A stretch of 34,258 nt of DNA. Origin: a virus. This document shows, in pieces, positions 17,347 through 27,399 of this stretch. A model generated the notes under the pieces. That model was not told the DNA's origin and did not search any database. It saw nothing but the letters and a program-made list of their open reading frames with translations. Positions within the stretch are counted from its first letter, which is position 1; each line of letters opens with the position of its first letter. Position numbers and translations under genes: made by a program. Location of the stretch: positions 1 to 34,258 of the IMG/VR virus record IMGVR_UViG_3300045988_139348; one strand, written 5' to 3'.

Positions 17347-17832
17347 TTAATTAGTTGTAGCTGGTAATACAGTGGTATTTCTTATAATACCTGTTCCTTG
17401 AAATTCAAGGCTTATTATTGTTTGAGGATCGTTAGCAGTAATACTCCCGTTTTCGTCAGAGAAAATGACATTCGTCCATGTAGTAGTAGCTGCATAAGGC
17501 TGGATCGGATTTCTATGATTGTAAGTCACCGAAATAGAGAACTTAACGTTACTGTTTATTAATGAAGCTACCGGGTTAGTATGAGTAGCTGCATAATTAT
17601 TAAGTATGGCATTCCATTCTCCGGATTGTATATCCAAAGACCCTGTATATGAAGCGTTTATCGCCTTTATTGAAATAGGGTCTTTATATGATATGGCATA
17701 TATGGGATTAACGGACTGCGACAGTCTCCAGTTCATAGAAGCACCGGTTTCAATCTTTATAGGTGTCCCGCCTTCGAAAGAAATATATATATCCACATCG
17801 GCAGAGCTTACGATATATTCTGATTTATCCAT
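17347..17832 (-). CDS. Tail tube protein
   Basis: 161 aa, directly after the sheath gene and before the chaperone. Call is by size and position. Confidence 0.6.
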   Translation of the reverse strand: MDKSEYIVSSADVDIYISFEGGTPIKIETGASMNWRLSQSVNPIYAISYKDPISIKAINASYTGSLDIQSGEWNAILNNYAATHTNPVASLINSNVKFSISVTYNHRNPIQPYAATTTWTNVIFSDENGSITANDPQTIISLEFQGTGIIRNTTVLPATTN

Positions 17833-17841
17833 GATATAATA

Positions 17842-19119
17842 TTATAAAGATGAAACATAAAAAACATTTACATATCCTTGTTCCATAGCAGGAGAAGGCA
17901 ATATTTCAACTGTACATTGTATCGCTTTGGATTGTACGTAATTACCGTCCTTTTCAGAGAAAGTAACCCGTATGTCCGAAGCCTGACCGGCATTCAAACG
18001 AGGCTGTATATATCTCGAATAAAAATCCGAAGACATAGACGACTTGTATGAAGCGAGGATTGTCCCGTCACTTTCAACCGGGATATTCACATTAAGATAC
18101 AATGTCAAGAACTGTTGTGCATCATCACATACTGCATTGCCTACACGTACCATTTCAAGTTTAGAAAGTGCATTTGTAGACAAATTGCATGTTGATCCGT
18201 CATTGTAGAAAAGCCCTGTAATCATAGGTCTCGTTCTCAAAAAGACATATCCTTTTTCACCGATAATATCATTCTTTGCATTGTTAAGTTGAGATACCGG
18301 TGTGCCGGATTTGTAGGTAATAGACCCTGAAGTATTCTTTACATTAGTAAAGTATGCTTTTTGCACCGTGCTTCCCAAAGAGACATTACCTATTGAAGCC
18401 TGTATATTCCTCCCGGAAAGTATTCCACCCACATGTCCTGTACTTGATATTCCGTAACCGTGAATATCGGTGATATTATACCCTACCAATGGAGCATTAA
18501 GACCGGACGCATCCGTTAAGTTCGTGACATCGATAGGAGTAGTTGCGGGGTTAAGGAAAGCCCCGTCATATATACCGCACATACGAATGGAATTGTCATT
18601 AGACATATCCTCCAGAAAAGTTTGGAATGCAGCAATATCCGTTAAATCATAATCGCAATTCAACACACTACTTGTATATTTTGTACTTGCTGCGGCTTTC
18701 TCACCTTTACAAAGGATAAATATTCTTGGTCTCAAAGCATATCCGTTTTCTACGGTCTGCATAACGGCATCCGCTACTTTACCGGAATAGAACGAAGCCT
18801 GTGAGAGCGAACCGGATTCGCCGTACGTGAATGTAGTACCGCATATCCACAATTTTGTCCCTGAACCGGCATTGGCATAGAAATCTGCGATATGTGTGTA
18901 TAATCGTGATCCGGATGAACTTAATTGCTCTGTTTCCCATTCTTGGGTAATCCCCAAAGCGGCGGCATCCTGAAGTCCGGTAATCATATAGGCTTTATCT
19001 TGCAGAAAAGTGCTTGAAATAGCAGGGGCATCCGCAAAAATCATCGCAATAGATTCATCGCTCTGGTTATTACCTATCTGGCTATCGGATAATGATACAT
19101 AAATACCTGTTTTAGCCAT
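17842..19119 (-). CDS. Contractile tail sheath protein
   Basis: 425 aa, first gene of the sheath-tube-chaperone-tape measure series. No motif-level confirmation. Confidence 0.6.
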   Translation of the reverse strand: MAKTGIYVSLSDSQIGNNQSDESIAMIFADAPAISSTFLQDKAYMITGLQDAAALGITQEWETEQLSSSGSRLYTHIADFYANAGSGTKLWICGTTFTYGESGSLSQASFYSGKVADAVMQTVENGYALRPRIFILCKGEKAAASTKYTSSVLNCDYDLTDIAAFQTFLEDMSNDNSIRMCGIYDGAFLNPATTPIDVTNLTDASGLNAPLVGYNITDIHGYGISSTGHVGGILSGRNIQASIGNVSLGSTVQKAYFTNVKNTSGSITYKSGTPVSQLNNAKNDIIGEKGYVFLRTRPMITGLFYNDGSTCNLSTNALSKLEMVRVGNAVCDDAQQFLTLYLNVNIPVESDGTILASYKSSMSSDFYSRYIQPRLNAGQASDIRVTFSEKDGNYVQSKAIQCTVEILPSPAMEQGYVNVFYVSSL

Positions 19120-19124
19120 AACAT

Positions 19125-19472
19125 TTAATTTTTAATTGTCTTTTCAGCCTTCTTTCTTTTTTTTATTTCAGCTTTTGCAGCTTCAATATCTACTACAGGG
19201 GCATCGACTTTCTTAACTTCGTCATTATCCACATATTTTTCCATTAAAGAAGTAAATGCTTCATTGTCTAAAGGGCAATTGTCTTTTGTTATTTTAGCCC
19301 ATTGCATAGTCTTTTTACCTTTAGAACGTTCGAAAGTATCTTTGCACCTGTCAGTAGCATCGACTTTTGTACGGAACATATTACCGTCAGAAGTAACATA
19401 TAAAGTCTCGAAAGCAGTGACAAAAGCAAGAAGTTCTACAAAGAAAGAATCTTTAAATTCAGTTGTTTTCAT
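19125..19472 (-). CDS. Hypothetical protein with a K/A/E-rich C-terminal tail (ORF track starts at GTG 19514; ATG 19472 preferred)
   Basis: MKTTEFKDSFFVELLAF... The GTG start at 19514 lies inside the post-capsid hairpin. Confidence 0.5.
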   Translation of the reverse strand: MKTTEFKDSFFVELLAFVTAFETLYVTSDGNMFRTKVDATDRCKDTFERSKGKKTMQWAKITKDNCPLDNEAFTSLMEKYVDNDEVKKVDAPVVDIEAAKAEIKKRKKAEKTIKN

Positions 19473-19504
19473 AATGATTGTTTTTTTTGTGCGTGTAATA
19501 ATAT

Positions 19505-19530
19505 ACTTAGTCACATTTCTGTGACTAAGT
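19505..19530 (-). terminator. Perfect 10-bp hairpin immediately downstream of the capsid gene
   Basis: acttagtcac / atttct / gtgactaagt. On the minus strand it is followed by the A/T-rich atattatta. This is a typical position for a partial terminator or stabiliser after the major capsid gene. Confidence 0.45.
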
Positions 19531-19540
19531 AAGATAATAT

Positions 19541-21619
19541 TTATCCTGCATTTTTTGCAGCAGGTACAATCAATCCAGTTCCTACACCGTCCTCACGGGC
19601 TGCACCGCAACCTGTACGGAAATCCATTGAGAACATCCAACCGTAACGGGTCGGGTCTTGTACCATGTGTACATGAGTATTACCGATACCGATAATAACC
19701 TGTGACGGGAAAAATCCGATACCCAATCCGTATGCAGTAACTGCCAACGTAGGCGGATTGTATGATGCAGGAATATTCCCGTTAGATTCCAAAGGAATAC
19801 CATATAATTTCGGGTCTACGATAGCAGAAGTTGCCGTGTTCCATAAAGAAGTGATTGAACGTGCATGAATTTCGAAATTATATGCTGTAGTACCCATTGG
19901 ACGGATGCTTTCTGTCGGTCTGTTCAGCAAGTTGACAAATGAAGAATCCGCAATCAATTGGTTGTAATATACCGAATCCAATATCACTTCAGGATATTCA
20001 TAATCGAAATTGAAATTCTGATTACGGAATAAAGAACTGAGGTTCAAGATATCTGTAACGGTAATTTTCGTTATATCTCCGGCAGCTGAAGTGTTGGCGG
20101 GGAACATTCCTGCAGAAGCGAAATATTCTGTTCCTGACATGGTAACTTTATTATCTGCAGCAGCTGTAGCGATAGTTTGAAGATAGTAATTATGCGCTGC
20201 ATTACTAATTACTCTCAATGCTTCCGCCATACCCCAACCTCGTTTGTCATAGTTGAGCATATCATCATTCGCCTGTTGGAATAAAGTAGGTTGTAATGAG
20301 AATACCCGTGTAGGGATTGCTATAGCTGCATCATCGTACGAATACGGAGTAGCCTGACTTGCAGGTACGTTATTCCCATAATATACGGCAGGATTATATT
20401 TGCTTTGTACATGGATAGTACCAGCCTGTGTAGATGAAATACGGGGGATTCTGTCTGCAAAAGTATTCACCGGGAATAACAGACGGAAAAACAGACCGAT
20501 CCAATTTACAACGGCCAGATCAGGGTCTCCCATAAACGGATATGTCTTTCCTCCGGCCTGTAACATTTCATGATCGTTTACGATAGCCGTAAGCATTTCG
20601 TTAAGACTCATTTCTCCCCGTTTAGGGTTTGAAATTCTTATCTGTCCCAAAGCGGACATTAATTTTTCGTCATTAAGCATTACAGACGAAATTTCTTTCA
20701 AATCATCCTGTACTGAAAGCAATTCGGAATCTGTAGCCTTTGCAGAAAGGCGAGTCATTCTAACTACTTTCGAGGCTTTTGATTTATCTGAAAGATAATC
20801 GTTTAAAGATGTGTAATTCGCCATAATTTGATTTGATTTGTCAAAAGATAAAGTTTTTTCTTCTGGATTGATAGCTAATTTTTCCTGTTCGGGTTCTTTT
20901 TCGATTTCGGATGAAAGTTTTTCCTTTTCATCTTCTTCGGATTCCAATTTCTCCTCTTTTACCGGATTCTGATCTTCTTCTTTTTTCCCCAATAAAGAAG
21001 AAAGTTTTTCTTCAAAACGAGAAAGAATACCGCTTAATCCGGATGAGAGATTCTCTTTTCCCTGCACCTCTTGTTGGATTTCTTCCTTTTCAGGAGCTTT
21101 TTCTAATTTTTCTTCTTTTTCTTCCATAGATAAATAATTATTTATTTCAGTTTCGAAGTCGGCACTAAGTTGTTCGACCTGTTGGGATTCGGTAATGCAG
21201 AACTCTACCGGCAAACATCCTAACTTAGCGTTTTTCTCTCTTATGGCCACGGCATCTTCATTAGACGGAATTGCTACCAATGAAATTTCATATACTTCAA
21301 ATTTGGTAGTGAATTTTTTCCCTTTACGTTCTGCAAATTCTACTTTTCCCGCTATTGAAACAGCATTATAAGAGCCTTCTTCATACATTTGTTTATATTT
21401 CTGTCCCTCTTTTGTAGAAGCGAATACGAGAATGCCTTCCCATCTCTTTTTCTTCGTATTCAGCTTTATGTCCTTAACACTCCCGATAGGATTATCCCAT
21501 TGGAAATGCTGTAGCATCAAAACAGGATTTTTGCGGTATCTTCCCCAGTCTATGCTGTTGTTCATTACCACATAACCCCTGTCATTCACAGATTCATTTG
21601 ATAATACTTGTACAATCAT
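19541..21619 (-). CDS. Prohead protease - scaffold-like linker - major capsid protein fusion (HK97-type)
   Basis: The N-terminal region NDRGYVVMNNSIDWGRYRKNPVLMLQHFQWDNPIGSV...YEISLVAIPSNEDA matches the HK97 prohead protease pattern. Residues from about 165 to 260 are an E/K-rich coiled linker. The C-terminal part of about 400 aa has capsid-like size and position. Confidence 0.7.
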   Translation of the reverse strand: MIVQVLSNESVNDRGYVVMNNSIDWGRYRKNPVLMLQHFQWDNPIGSVKDIKLNTKKKRWEGILVFASTKEGQKYKQMYEEGSYNAVSIAGKVEFAERKGKKFTTKFEVYEISLVAIPSNEDAVAIREKNAKLGCLPVEFCITESQQVEQLSADFETEINNYLSMEEKEEKLEKAPEKEEIQQEVQGKENLSSGLSGILSRFEEKLSSLLGKKEEDQNPVKEEKLESEEDEKEKLSSEIEKEPEQEKLAINPEEKTLSFDKSNQIMANYTSLNDYLSDKSKASKVVRMTRLSAKATDSELLSVQDDLKEISSVMLNDEKLMSALGQIRISNPKRGEMSLNEMLTAIVNDHEMLQAGGKTYPFMGDPDLAVVNWIGLFFRLLFPVNTFADRIPRISSTQAGTIHVQSKYNPAVYYGNNVPASQATPYSYDDAAIAIPTRVFSLQPTLFQQANDDMLNYDKRGWGMAEALRVISNAAHNYYLQTIATAAADNKVTMSGTEYFASAGMFPANTSAAGDITKITVTDILNLSSLFRNQNFNFDYEYPEVILDSVYYNQLIADSSFVNLLNRPTESIRPMGTTAYNFEIHARSITSLWNTATSAIVDPKLYGIPLESNGNIPASYNPPTLAVTAYGLGIGFFPSQVIIGIGNTHVHMVQDPTRYGWMFSMDFRTGCGAAREDGVGTGLIVPAAKNAG

Positions 21620-21622
21620 AAT

Positions 21623-21844
21623 TTATAAATTTTGCCATTCGTCTAATTTAAGAAGTTCTTCAAGTGCATCACCATAGTATAAAGGATAATTGTTGCTGCC
21701 TTCATACAAAGTTACGGGCACTAAACGCTCATATTCTTCTTTATGAATAAGAGTCTTACTCCCGTCAGCGTTTCTTCTTCTATACATTAAGTCCTTATCG
21801 AAAGGGACTAATTCTATTGTAGGTACTACATACATAGCTATCAT
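21623..21844 (-). CDS. Hypothetical small protein
   Basis: 73-codon ORF coupled to both neighbours. Confidence 0.5.
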   Translation of the reverse strand: MIAMYVVPTIELVPFDKDLMYRRRNADGSKTLIHKEEYERLVPVTLYEGSNNYPLYYGDALEELLKLDEWQNL

Positions 21845-23763
21845 AATGTCATTCCGTTATATTGCAAACTCGCTTTATAGTTATGCTTTATTTCTTCTTC
21901 GGTTAACTCCCTGTTATATATTAATGCATCATATATTTTCTGTTTACATGCGTAAATAGGGGAATTATTTATTGATCCTAATGTAATCCCGATTACTTTG
22001 TTTTCTTTTCCGCCATTAAAGCATCCTACAACGAATATCTCTTTTCCTTTATTGGAAATATTAAAGTTTGTATTACTAACATTGCCATTCATTATATATC
22101 TATTCTCTGACGAAAAACAAATACCCTTGTTTATTCCTAAATAATAGCTACTCCCATAAATAAGTCCGCTCCAACTATTACCGGTTAATAATTCAACATC
22201 ACTAATTGTAAAAAGAATTGTAAAATCTATATTGGTCATTGCTTTTACAACACTTGAAAAGTCATCTACCCCGTCATATTGGATATAACCGTCTCCGTAA
22301 CCCGATTCCAGCGTATATGCGAAGTTTTTATTTTCAAGGTCGTTCCCGTTGCCGGATAGATCCGGAAGAATGTTTTTATTCTCATCCGTGTTGCTTCGTC
22401 CTCGACCGGTATAGTAACCGATCAGACCGTCTCTGATATAATCTAATATTTCCGATACTTCACAATCCATTACGATACGAGGATTTACATTCTCTTTTTT
22501 AGTGCTTATCCACGTTTCATTAGAATATGTCGGTATGTTTTTGAGAGCTATATTAGCCTCGATTTCATCTTGAAGGGCATATATATAAACAGAACTTTCA
22601 TCTTCGATCATTTTTTTAAGATCATCTTCTGTAGGATAATCATTTACATCATAAACAAGGTAAAAACCATATCTTAAGGAATTGGTATATACTCCATATA
22701 CATTATTCCACTTATTGGATGTGGAATCTCCTGTATAATAGAATTTATTGCTGTAAAAATTTTGTATTGAAGCGTTTACACTTCCTTGTTTGACACTCCC
22801 ATTTATCCTTACAAATCTTAAATTACCATTTGATTCTTGTTGTGTAAAGGAGTTAACAATAAATCCTCTGGATATTCCCAATCTCTTGTTCAGAATACAT
22901 TCATTGGTTTCATTGTTATAATTAACATCATCCCTTAATACTCCTATCGATCTTAAAACACCGTCATATCCGGCATCTTGAATAGCCTTTTTTATATCTA
23001 TGGTATGATTTACAGACTCCGGACTGTATCCTATCTGTAATAACAGAGAATTATCCCCTACAGATTGTATCTCTACAGGAGCGAGAGGAGTAGGAGTTCC
23101 GCCCTGATAAGATCTCCCGTGAATGGACAAGCTTTTTACCTTATCGGATGCCTTAACAGAGTTCCATATAACGAATTTTTCTCCTGATGCCCGGACAGTC
23201 TGGAATGTAGGTTCGGGGGTTTCCCCATGCGCCCCCTCCAGAGTAATAAAAAACTCTTCGAGAGGCACAGTAGGGAAATTGAGAAGTTGGTCTGAGAACA
23301 AGTTACACGAGAAAATAAATGAAAATACGTCAATATCCTTGCTAAGGTTTTCGAGTACCCCTACCTGCGTATATGTAGACATGCCTTTATACATGATATT
23401 CAGTCCGTTAACATTCATGAACTGTTTAAAATACGAACTTTGCTTGCCATTCCACAGTTCATCCCTTAACAGATACGCCCAATTTCTTCTTTCCTCATAT
23501 ATGCCGTCATCTTCCGACATGGTATAGTTAAGAAGATCATCCATATACCGGATGTGTATAATTATACTGTCCAATATATTACCGGATATGAAAACGGTAG
23601 GATTTTCAGAAGGTGCTACAGTCACAAGTATAGCCGGCAGAGAAGTATTTACGGTGAATCGTCCCTCTACGGTGTTCGCCGTATATACGGGTATGTTGTT
23701 TTCTTTTACTACCTCCGTATTTCTAAGAAATTCCGCTATACATTTTGTAAGAGACCCTATCAT
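21841..23763 (-). CDS. Large virion-module protein with a C-terminal LamG / concanavalin-A-like lectin domain
   Basis: DLSGNGNDLENKNFAYT...GYIQYDGVDDFSSV...ALIYNRELTEEEIKHNY follows the LamG_3 pattern (D.SgnGn.g.l....g...FdG.ddyv...aLs..Ei..ny). Confidence 0.6.
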   Translation of the reverse strand: MIGSLTKCIAEFLRNTEVVKENNIPVYTANTVEGRFTVNTSLPAILVTVAPSENPTVFISGNILDSIIIHIRYMDDLLNYTMSEDDGIYEERRNWAYLLRDELWNGKQSSYFKQFMNVNGLNIMYKGMSTYTQVGVLENLSKDIDVFSFIFSCNLFSDQLLNFPTVPLEEFFITLEGAHGETPEPTFQTVRASGEKFVIWNSVKASDKVKSLSIHGRSYQGGTPTPLAPVEIQSVGDNSLLLQIGYSPESVNHTIDIKKAIQDAGYDGVLRSIGVLRDDVNYNNETNECILNKRLGISRGFIVNSFTQQESNGNLRFVRINGSVKQGSVNASIQNFYSNKFYYTGDSTSNKWNNVYGVYTNSLRYGFYLVYDVNDYPTEDDLKKMIEDESSVYIYALQDEIEANIALKNIPTYSNETWISTKKENVNPRIVMDCEVSEILDYIRDGLIGYYTGRGRSNTDENKNILPDLSGNGNDLENKNFAYTLESGYGDGYIQYDGVDDFSSVVKAMTNIDFTILFTISDVELLTGNSWSGLIYGSSYYLGINKGICFSSENRYIMNGNVSNTNFNISNKGKEIFVVGCFNGGKENKVIGITLGSINNSPIYACKQKIYDALIYNRELTEEEIKHNYKASLQYNGMTL

Positions 23764-23816
23764 TTATTAAATAATTAATATGCCACTAAAATAAGTATAA
23801 AAACGAATAAAAAAAA

Positions 23817-24305
23817 TTATTTAAGATATTTTTTTATAGTTCTATTTATCTCTTTTTCAACCTCTATCATGGTTTTAGTGCCTATTCCTGCGTGTTTTCT
23901 GGCAGGAATACGTGGGGCAGGTCTGTCTATCTTGTATTTTTCTTGAATCCACCTTCCTTTTGTCTGTCCACCTTCATTCTGCACTTTTGCATAAGGGACA
24001 TCGGACTGTACTCCCACCCTGATATTGAATCCTCCGAACCTTTTGATATAAGGTTTGTAGCTGTTATACAGCCTTCTCGTTCGTAAGAGCTTCTTATATC
24101 CGAGTTTTATCCCTGCCGGAGTTTTTAAGACATCATATCTTCTGTCCTTCCACCGTTCGAATTTTCCGTCATTGGTATATCCTTGTGCACGAAAGTTCCT
24201 TCGTGTCTCTTTTACCATATTTTCGGCAATTCTTTGAGGCAATTCGAATCTTAGAGCCTTCCCCAATTCCTTTAATTGCGATAAAAGGTCATTTGTCGTT
24301 CTCAT
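23817..24305 (-). CDS. Virion morphogenesis protein (Mu gpG / P2 gpS / HK97 gp10-like)
   Basis: VKETRRNFRAQGYTNDGKFERWKDRR and RVGVQSDVPYAKVQNEGG resemble the nF...g.p.g..W and vgs..pYA...neGG motifs of this family. Confidence 0.5.
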   Translation of the reverse strand: MRTTNDLLSQLKELGKALRFELPQRIAENMVKETRRNFRAQGYTNDGKFERWKDRRYDVLKTPAGIKLGYKKLLRTRRLYNSYKPYIKRFGGFNIRVGVQSDVPYAKVQNEGGQTKGRWIQEKYKIDRPAPRIPARKHAGIGTKTMIEVEKEINRTIKKYLK

Positions 24306-25584
24306 TCGTCTTTTCCTTGTTGAAAATATCCCCTATTTTTGCCATTGCAGAAGAATACCATGACTTATTCTGCACTTTAGGATTGAAATCGCTTTTATCC
24401 AGACCTACTCTCTCAAAGAAAGCACGTGACAGTCTTATACCCTGTTTGCTGGCAGCATCCGAAATTATCTTGAATTTCTCCATTGTAATAGACTTATCGG
24501 GGATTATATCTACATATTTCCCGGAGAGATCGATATTCGATATAAGTCTCCTGAGCTTAGGCATGTATATAGTACGGAAAGCGGAAAGACATCCGTTAAT
24601 ATCCTCTCTTTTCTTATCCTCATACAGCTGTAAATGGGCCTCAACGAGATTCTCCGAATTGGTGTTCTTTTCCGTAGAGCCTAATAACGTACCTCCGGTT
24701 ACGAGCTGCATTATTTCACTGAAGCGATTCATGATATTCTCCTTGAAAGTACGGAATGCTTCCGGAGCGGCATTTATCATATCGCTTTTCATTTCCACAT
24801 TGTACATCCTCTCTCCCTTATTGTATTTGTTCGATTCATAAGGAGATATAAGGATAGTAGTAGGATTATCCAACTGTCTGGCAAGATCAAAGGCAAGATT
24901 CTTCGATATTTCATTACCGGACTGATACCCGAGAGTAGTACGAGGATATGAACTCCGTGTGGCGAAGATAGACCAGTTCATGTAGGATTGCTGTATGTCG
25001 ATCATCGCCCTCGATATTTGGAGGAGCATTCCGAACATAAAATCCTGATCATCATTGGGCTGTATGAAAAATGTGTTAGCATAGTCATCTATATCGGCCA
25101 CTTGATCGTAATCGTATGTCATGCTTCTCACCGCCCTGTTCTTTATGTCTATATTCCTTAACGGGAAATCCGCCACCCGGTCATTCTCTATGTCTATCTG
25201 AGGGACTCTGATACCATAGAACAAAGACATGCCGTATGATCTTACAAGGAATCTGAACCATTTCGTATTACATATCATCCCCGTAGCATAATCATCTATT
25301 GTGCCGTCCTCATTCCGTATGACAAATTCATGATTCATAAGCGGGACAATACGTTTGTCTATCTGCGAAACCACAAAAGGCGAGGATTGAACCACCCAAG
25401 AATATAAAGTGTCGAGATAGGTCATGTCAGAATAATTCATCGCCCTGTTATACGCTTCTCTCCAATAACGGGGTGTGAAACGGAAATCATAGAAATTGGG
25501 GAGGTACTGACTCTCTATCCCCGTTATACCCACTTCATAGGGTATCTGTATCGGATTAATATCCGGTTGATGAAATTTTGTCAT
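24289..25584 (-). CDS. Portal protein
   Basis: 431 aa, second gene downstream of the large terminase. Call is by size and position. Confidence 0.6.
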   Translation of the reverse strand: MTKFHQPDINPIQIPYEVGITGIESQYLPNFYDFRFTPRYWREAYNRAMNYSDMTYLDTLYSWVVQSSPFVVSQIDKRIVPLMNHEFVIRNEDGTIDDYATGMICNTKWFRFLVRSYGMSLFYGIRVPQIDIENDRVADFPLRNIDIKNRAVRSMTYDYDQVADIDDYANTFFIQPNDDQDFMFGMLLQISRAMIDIQQSYMNWSIFATRSSYPRTTLGYQSGNEISKNLAFDLARQLDNPTTILISPYESNKYNKGERMYNVEMKSDMINAAPEAFRTFKENIMNRFSEIMQLVTGGTLLGSTEKNTNSENLVEAHLQLYEDKKREDINGCLSAFRTIYMPKLRRLISNIDLSGKYVDIIPDKSITMEKFKIISDAASKQGIRLSRAFFERVGLDKSDFNPKVQNKSWYSSAMAKIGDIFNKEKTNENDK

Positions 25585-25587
25585 AGC

Positions 25588-25992
25588 TTAACCTAAATAA
25601 GTGTTCTCATCCGTATATACTATGCCGTATGCGTCCGGAGATTCCTGCTCGGGAGCATTGTACATGACCGAAGTCCCATTCTTCAAATCTTCCACAATAC
25701 CGCATACCTGCTTGTACTCATTGTACAAAGGCTCACTGATGTTGGAAGAAATACCGGCAAAATAAAATGAAGTAAGAACTACAACAATGTAGTATAAGGT
25801 CGGATCGAAATCTTCCGAATCCCTCTGCGCCTTAAGAGCATTGTCTATATCCCATTTACCTTGTAACTCACGCTTTAAATAACCTACCGCATTCAAATAG
25901 GCATTGTCTAAAGCATTCGGATTCATAGCCTTCGTATTCTTTATCGTTATGGGCTGAATCCACGTCTGAATGTCCGTCTCTGTTATAAACAT
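25588..25992 (-). CDS. Hypothetical head-tail adaptor-like protein (Mu gp36/DUF1320-like, tentative)
   Basis: 134 aa between terminase and portal. ITETDIQ...LDNAYLNAVGYLKREL resembles the gp36-like N-terminus. Confidence 0.4.
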   Translation of the reverse strand: MFITETDIQTWIQPITIKNTKAMNPNALDNAYLNAVGYLKRELQGKWDIDNALKAQRDSEDFDPTLYYIVVVLTSFYFAGISSNISEPLYNEYKQVCGIVEDLKNGTSVMYNAPEQESPDAYGIVYTDENTYLG

Positions 25993-25995
25993 GGC

Positions 25996-27399
25996 TTAAA
26001 CTTTAATTAATTGTCCGTCAACAACACAATATATGTCAGATATCTTCTTATCCGAAGAATGAGTTATCTTATACCTGTTTATTAAAGATGTACCCTTGGC
26101 TACAGCATCCGGAATATCATCCTTTTCAATAGAGCTGTATGAAAAATTAATGAACTGATCTACAGCTAAATCCCCCATTTCCGTGTCCCTCATCTCTTCA
26201 TTAAAGAAAAAACGATGATTCCTGAACATGGGCTCTAACGTAGACTCAATATTCAAAAACTTGTTGCCATTGTTCCTGTTGTCTTTCTCTATAGGGAAAA
26301 TAACCCCCTTCTCCTCCTCAAATGCCGTTATCGTATCTTCAAAATCAAAAGGTATCTGCTTGTTCTCTATAACTATGTCAGGCGGATAAGGAGGCATCAT
26401 GTACAAATCATATAACCCCTCCAACATCTCATATGTGCTCCCCTGTATCGCATGTACGCCTATCAACCATACACTGTTATTCGTTATCCCTAACAATACT
26501 ACCGCCTTGTAATCATTCTTCGCAGTTTCCTTAGCGGAAGGGTCTATGTATATCAACAACTTCCTGAAACTCTCCCATGAAGGGAGAGTTCCCCACGGAA
26601 TACACGTAAATATCTCTCCCTCACTCTCATCATAATAATCCCCCTCCAAAAACCGCTTCCTGTCTGTCCTCGAAGCATTAGCTAACGTAGCCCTGTATTC
26701 AGACGATATGTTCCCCTCATTATCTCCTATGTTGAACTTCATTATATAAAACCTGTCCGTTATCTCCTTAGGCAACTTCTTATTCGTCCCTATCTCCTCA
26801 TGCCTGAAAAACCGCTTGTAATTCCAATGACTCTTTAACGAAGGATTCAACGCAAACAACATATAATTGGGAAAATTATCCGTCAATAACTGACATAACC
26901 TCGAATATAACTTACTTATCGGCTGCCATGTCAACTCACTTATCTCATCCGCAAATATATGACCCCACTCCGTAGATAAGATCGTATCATACTTGCTCCC
27001 ACTGTCCTTTCCCCCATGCCCTAACATGCTGAAAAACTTTATGTAATGTCCATTGTAAAAAACCAAACTCTGCTTGTTCCCTATATACCTGCAAAACTTC
27101 GCCCCATTTACTCGCAACATTTCAATACTGCTTATCCCGTTATGCTTCGCTATCGCTCCTAATACCGCCGGTACTGTCTGACTCAACATCCCATCCAATA
27201 AACTCTGAAACGTCTTCCGCAATACCAAACAATTCGCCCCATAAACTATACACTGTACTATCAAAAAATATACTATCACAAACGTCTTTCCACTCCTCGA
27301 AGCCCCATAAAATAAAAATTCCCTATAACGCCTCGACATCAACATGTTATACATCTGTACCTGCTTCGGCTTTAACGGTATGTTAAGATCTATCCTCAT
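25996..27399 (-). CDS. terL: Terminase large subunit
   Basis: Walker A in FYGASRSGKTF. Walker B-like HIFADEISE. The C-terminal nuclease-domain size is appropriate at 467 aa total. Confidence 0.85.
   Translation of the reverse strand: MRIDLNIPLKPKQVQMYNMLMSRRYREFLFYGASRSGKTFVIVYFLIVQCIVYGANCLVLRKTFQSLLDGMLSQTVPAVLGAIAKHNGISSIEMLRVNGAKFCRYIGNKQSLVFYNGHYIKFFSMLGHGGKDSGSKYDTILSTEWGHIFADEISELTWQPISKLYSRLCQLLTDNFPNYMLFALNPSLKSHWNYKRFFRHEEIGTNKKLPKEITDRFYIMKFNIGDNEGNISSEYRATLANASRTDRKRFLEGDYYDESEGEIFTCIPWGTLPSWESFRKLLIYIDPSAKETAKNDYKAVVLLGITNNSVWLIGVHAIQGSTYEMLEGLYDLYMMPPYPPDIVIENKQIPFDFEDTITAFEEEKGVIFPIEKDNRNNGNKFLNIESTLEPMFRNHRFFFNEEMRDTEMGDLAVDQFINFSYSSIEKDDIPDAVAKGTSLINRYKITHSSDKKISDIYCVVDGQLIKV

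Noticed and set aside
24185-24841. 218-codon plus-strand ORF antisense to the portal gene and the morphogenesis gene
   Set aside because: It has the S/L/I/F-rich shadow composition typical of antisense frames, no plausible start context, and spans a gene boundary on the opposite strand. It is long for an AT-rich genome, but there is no motif support.
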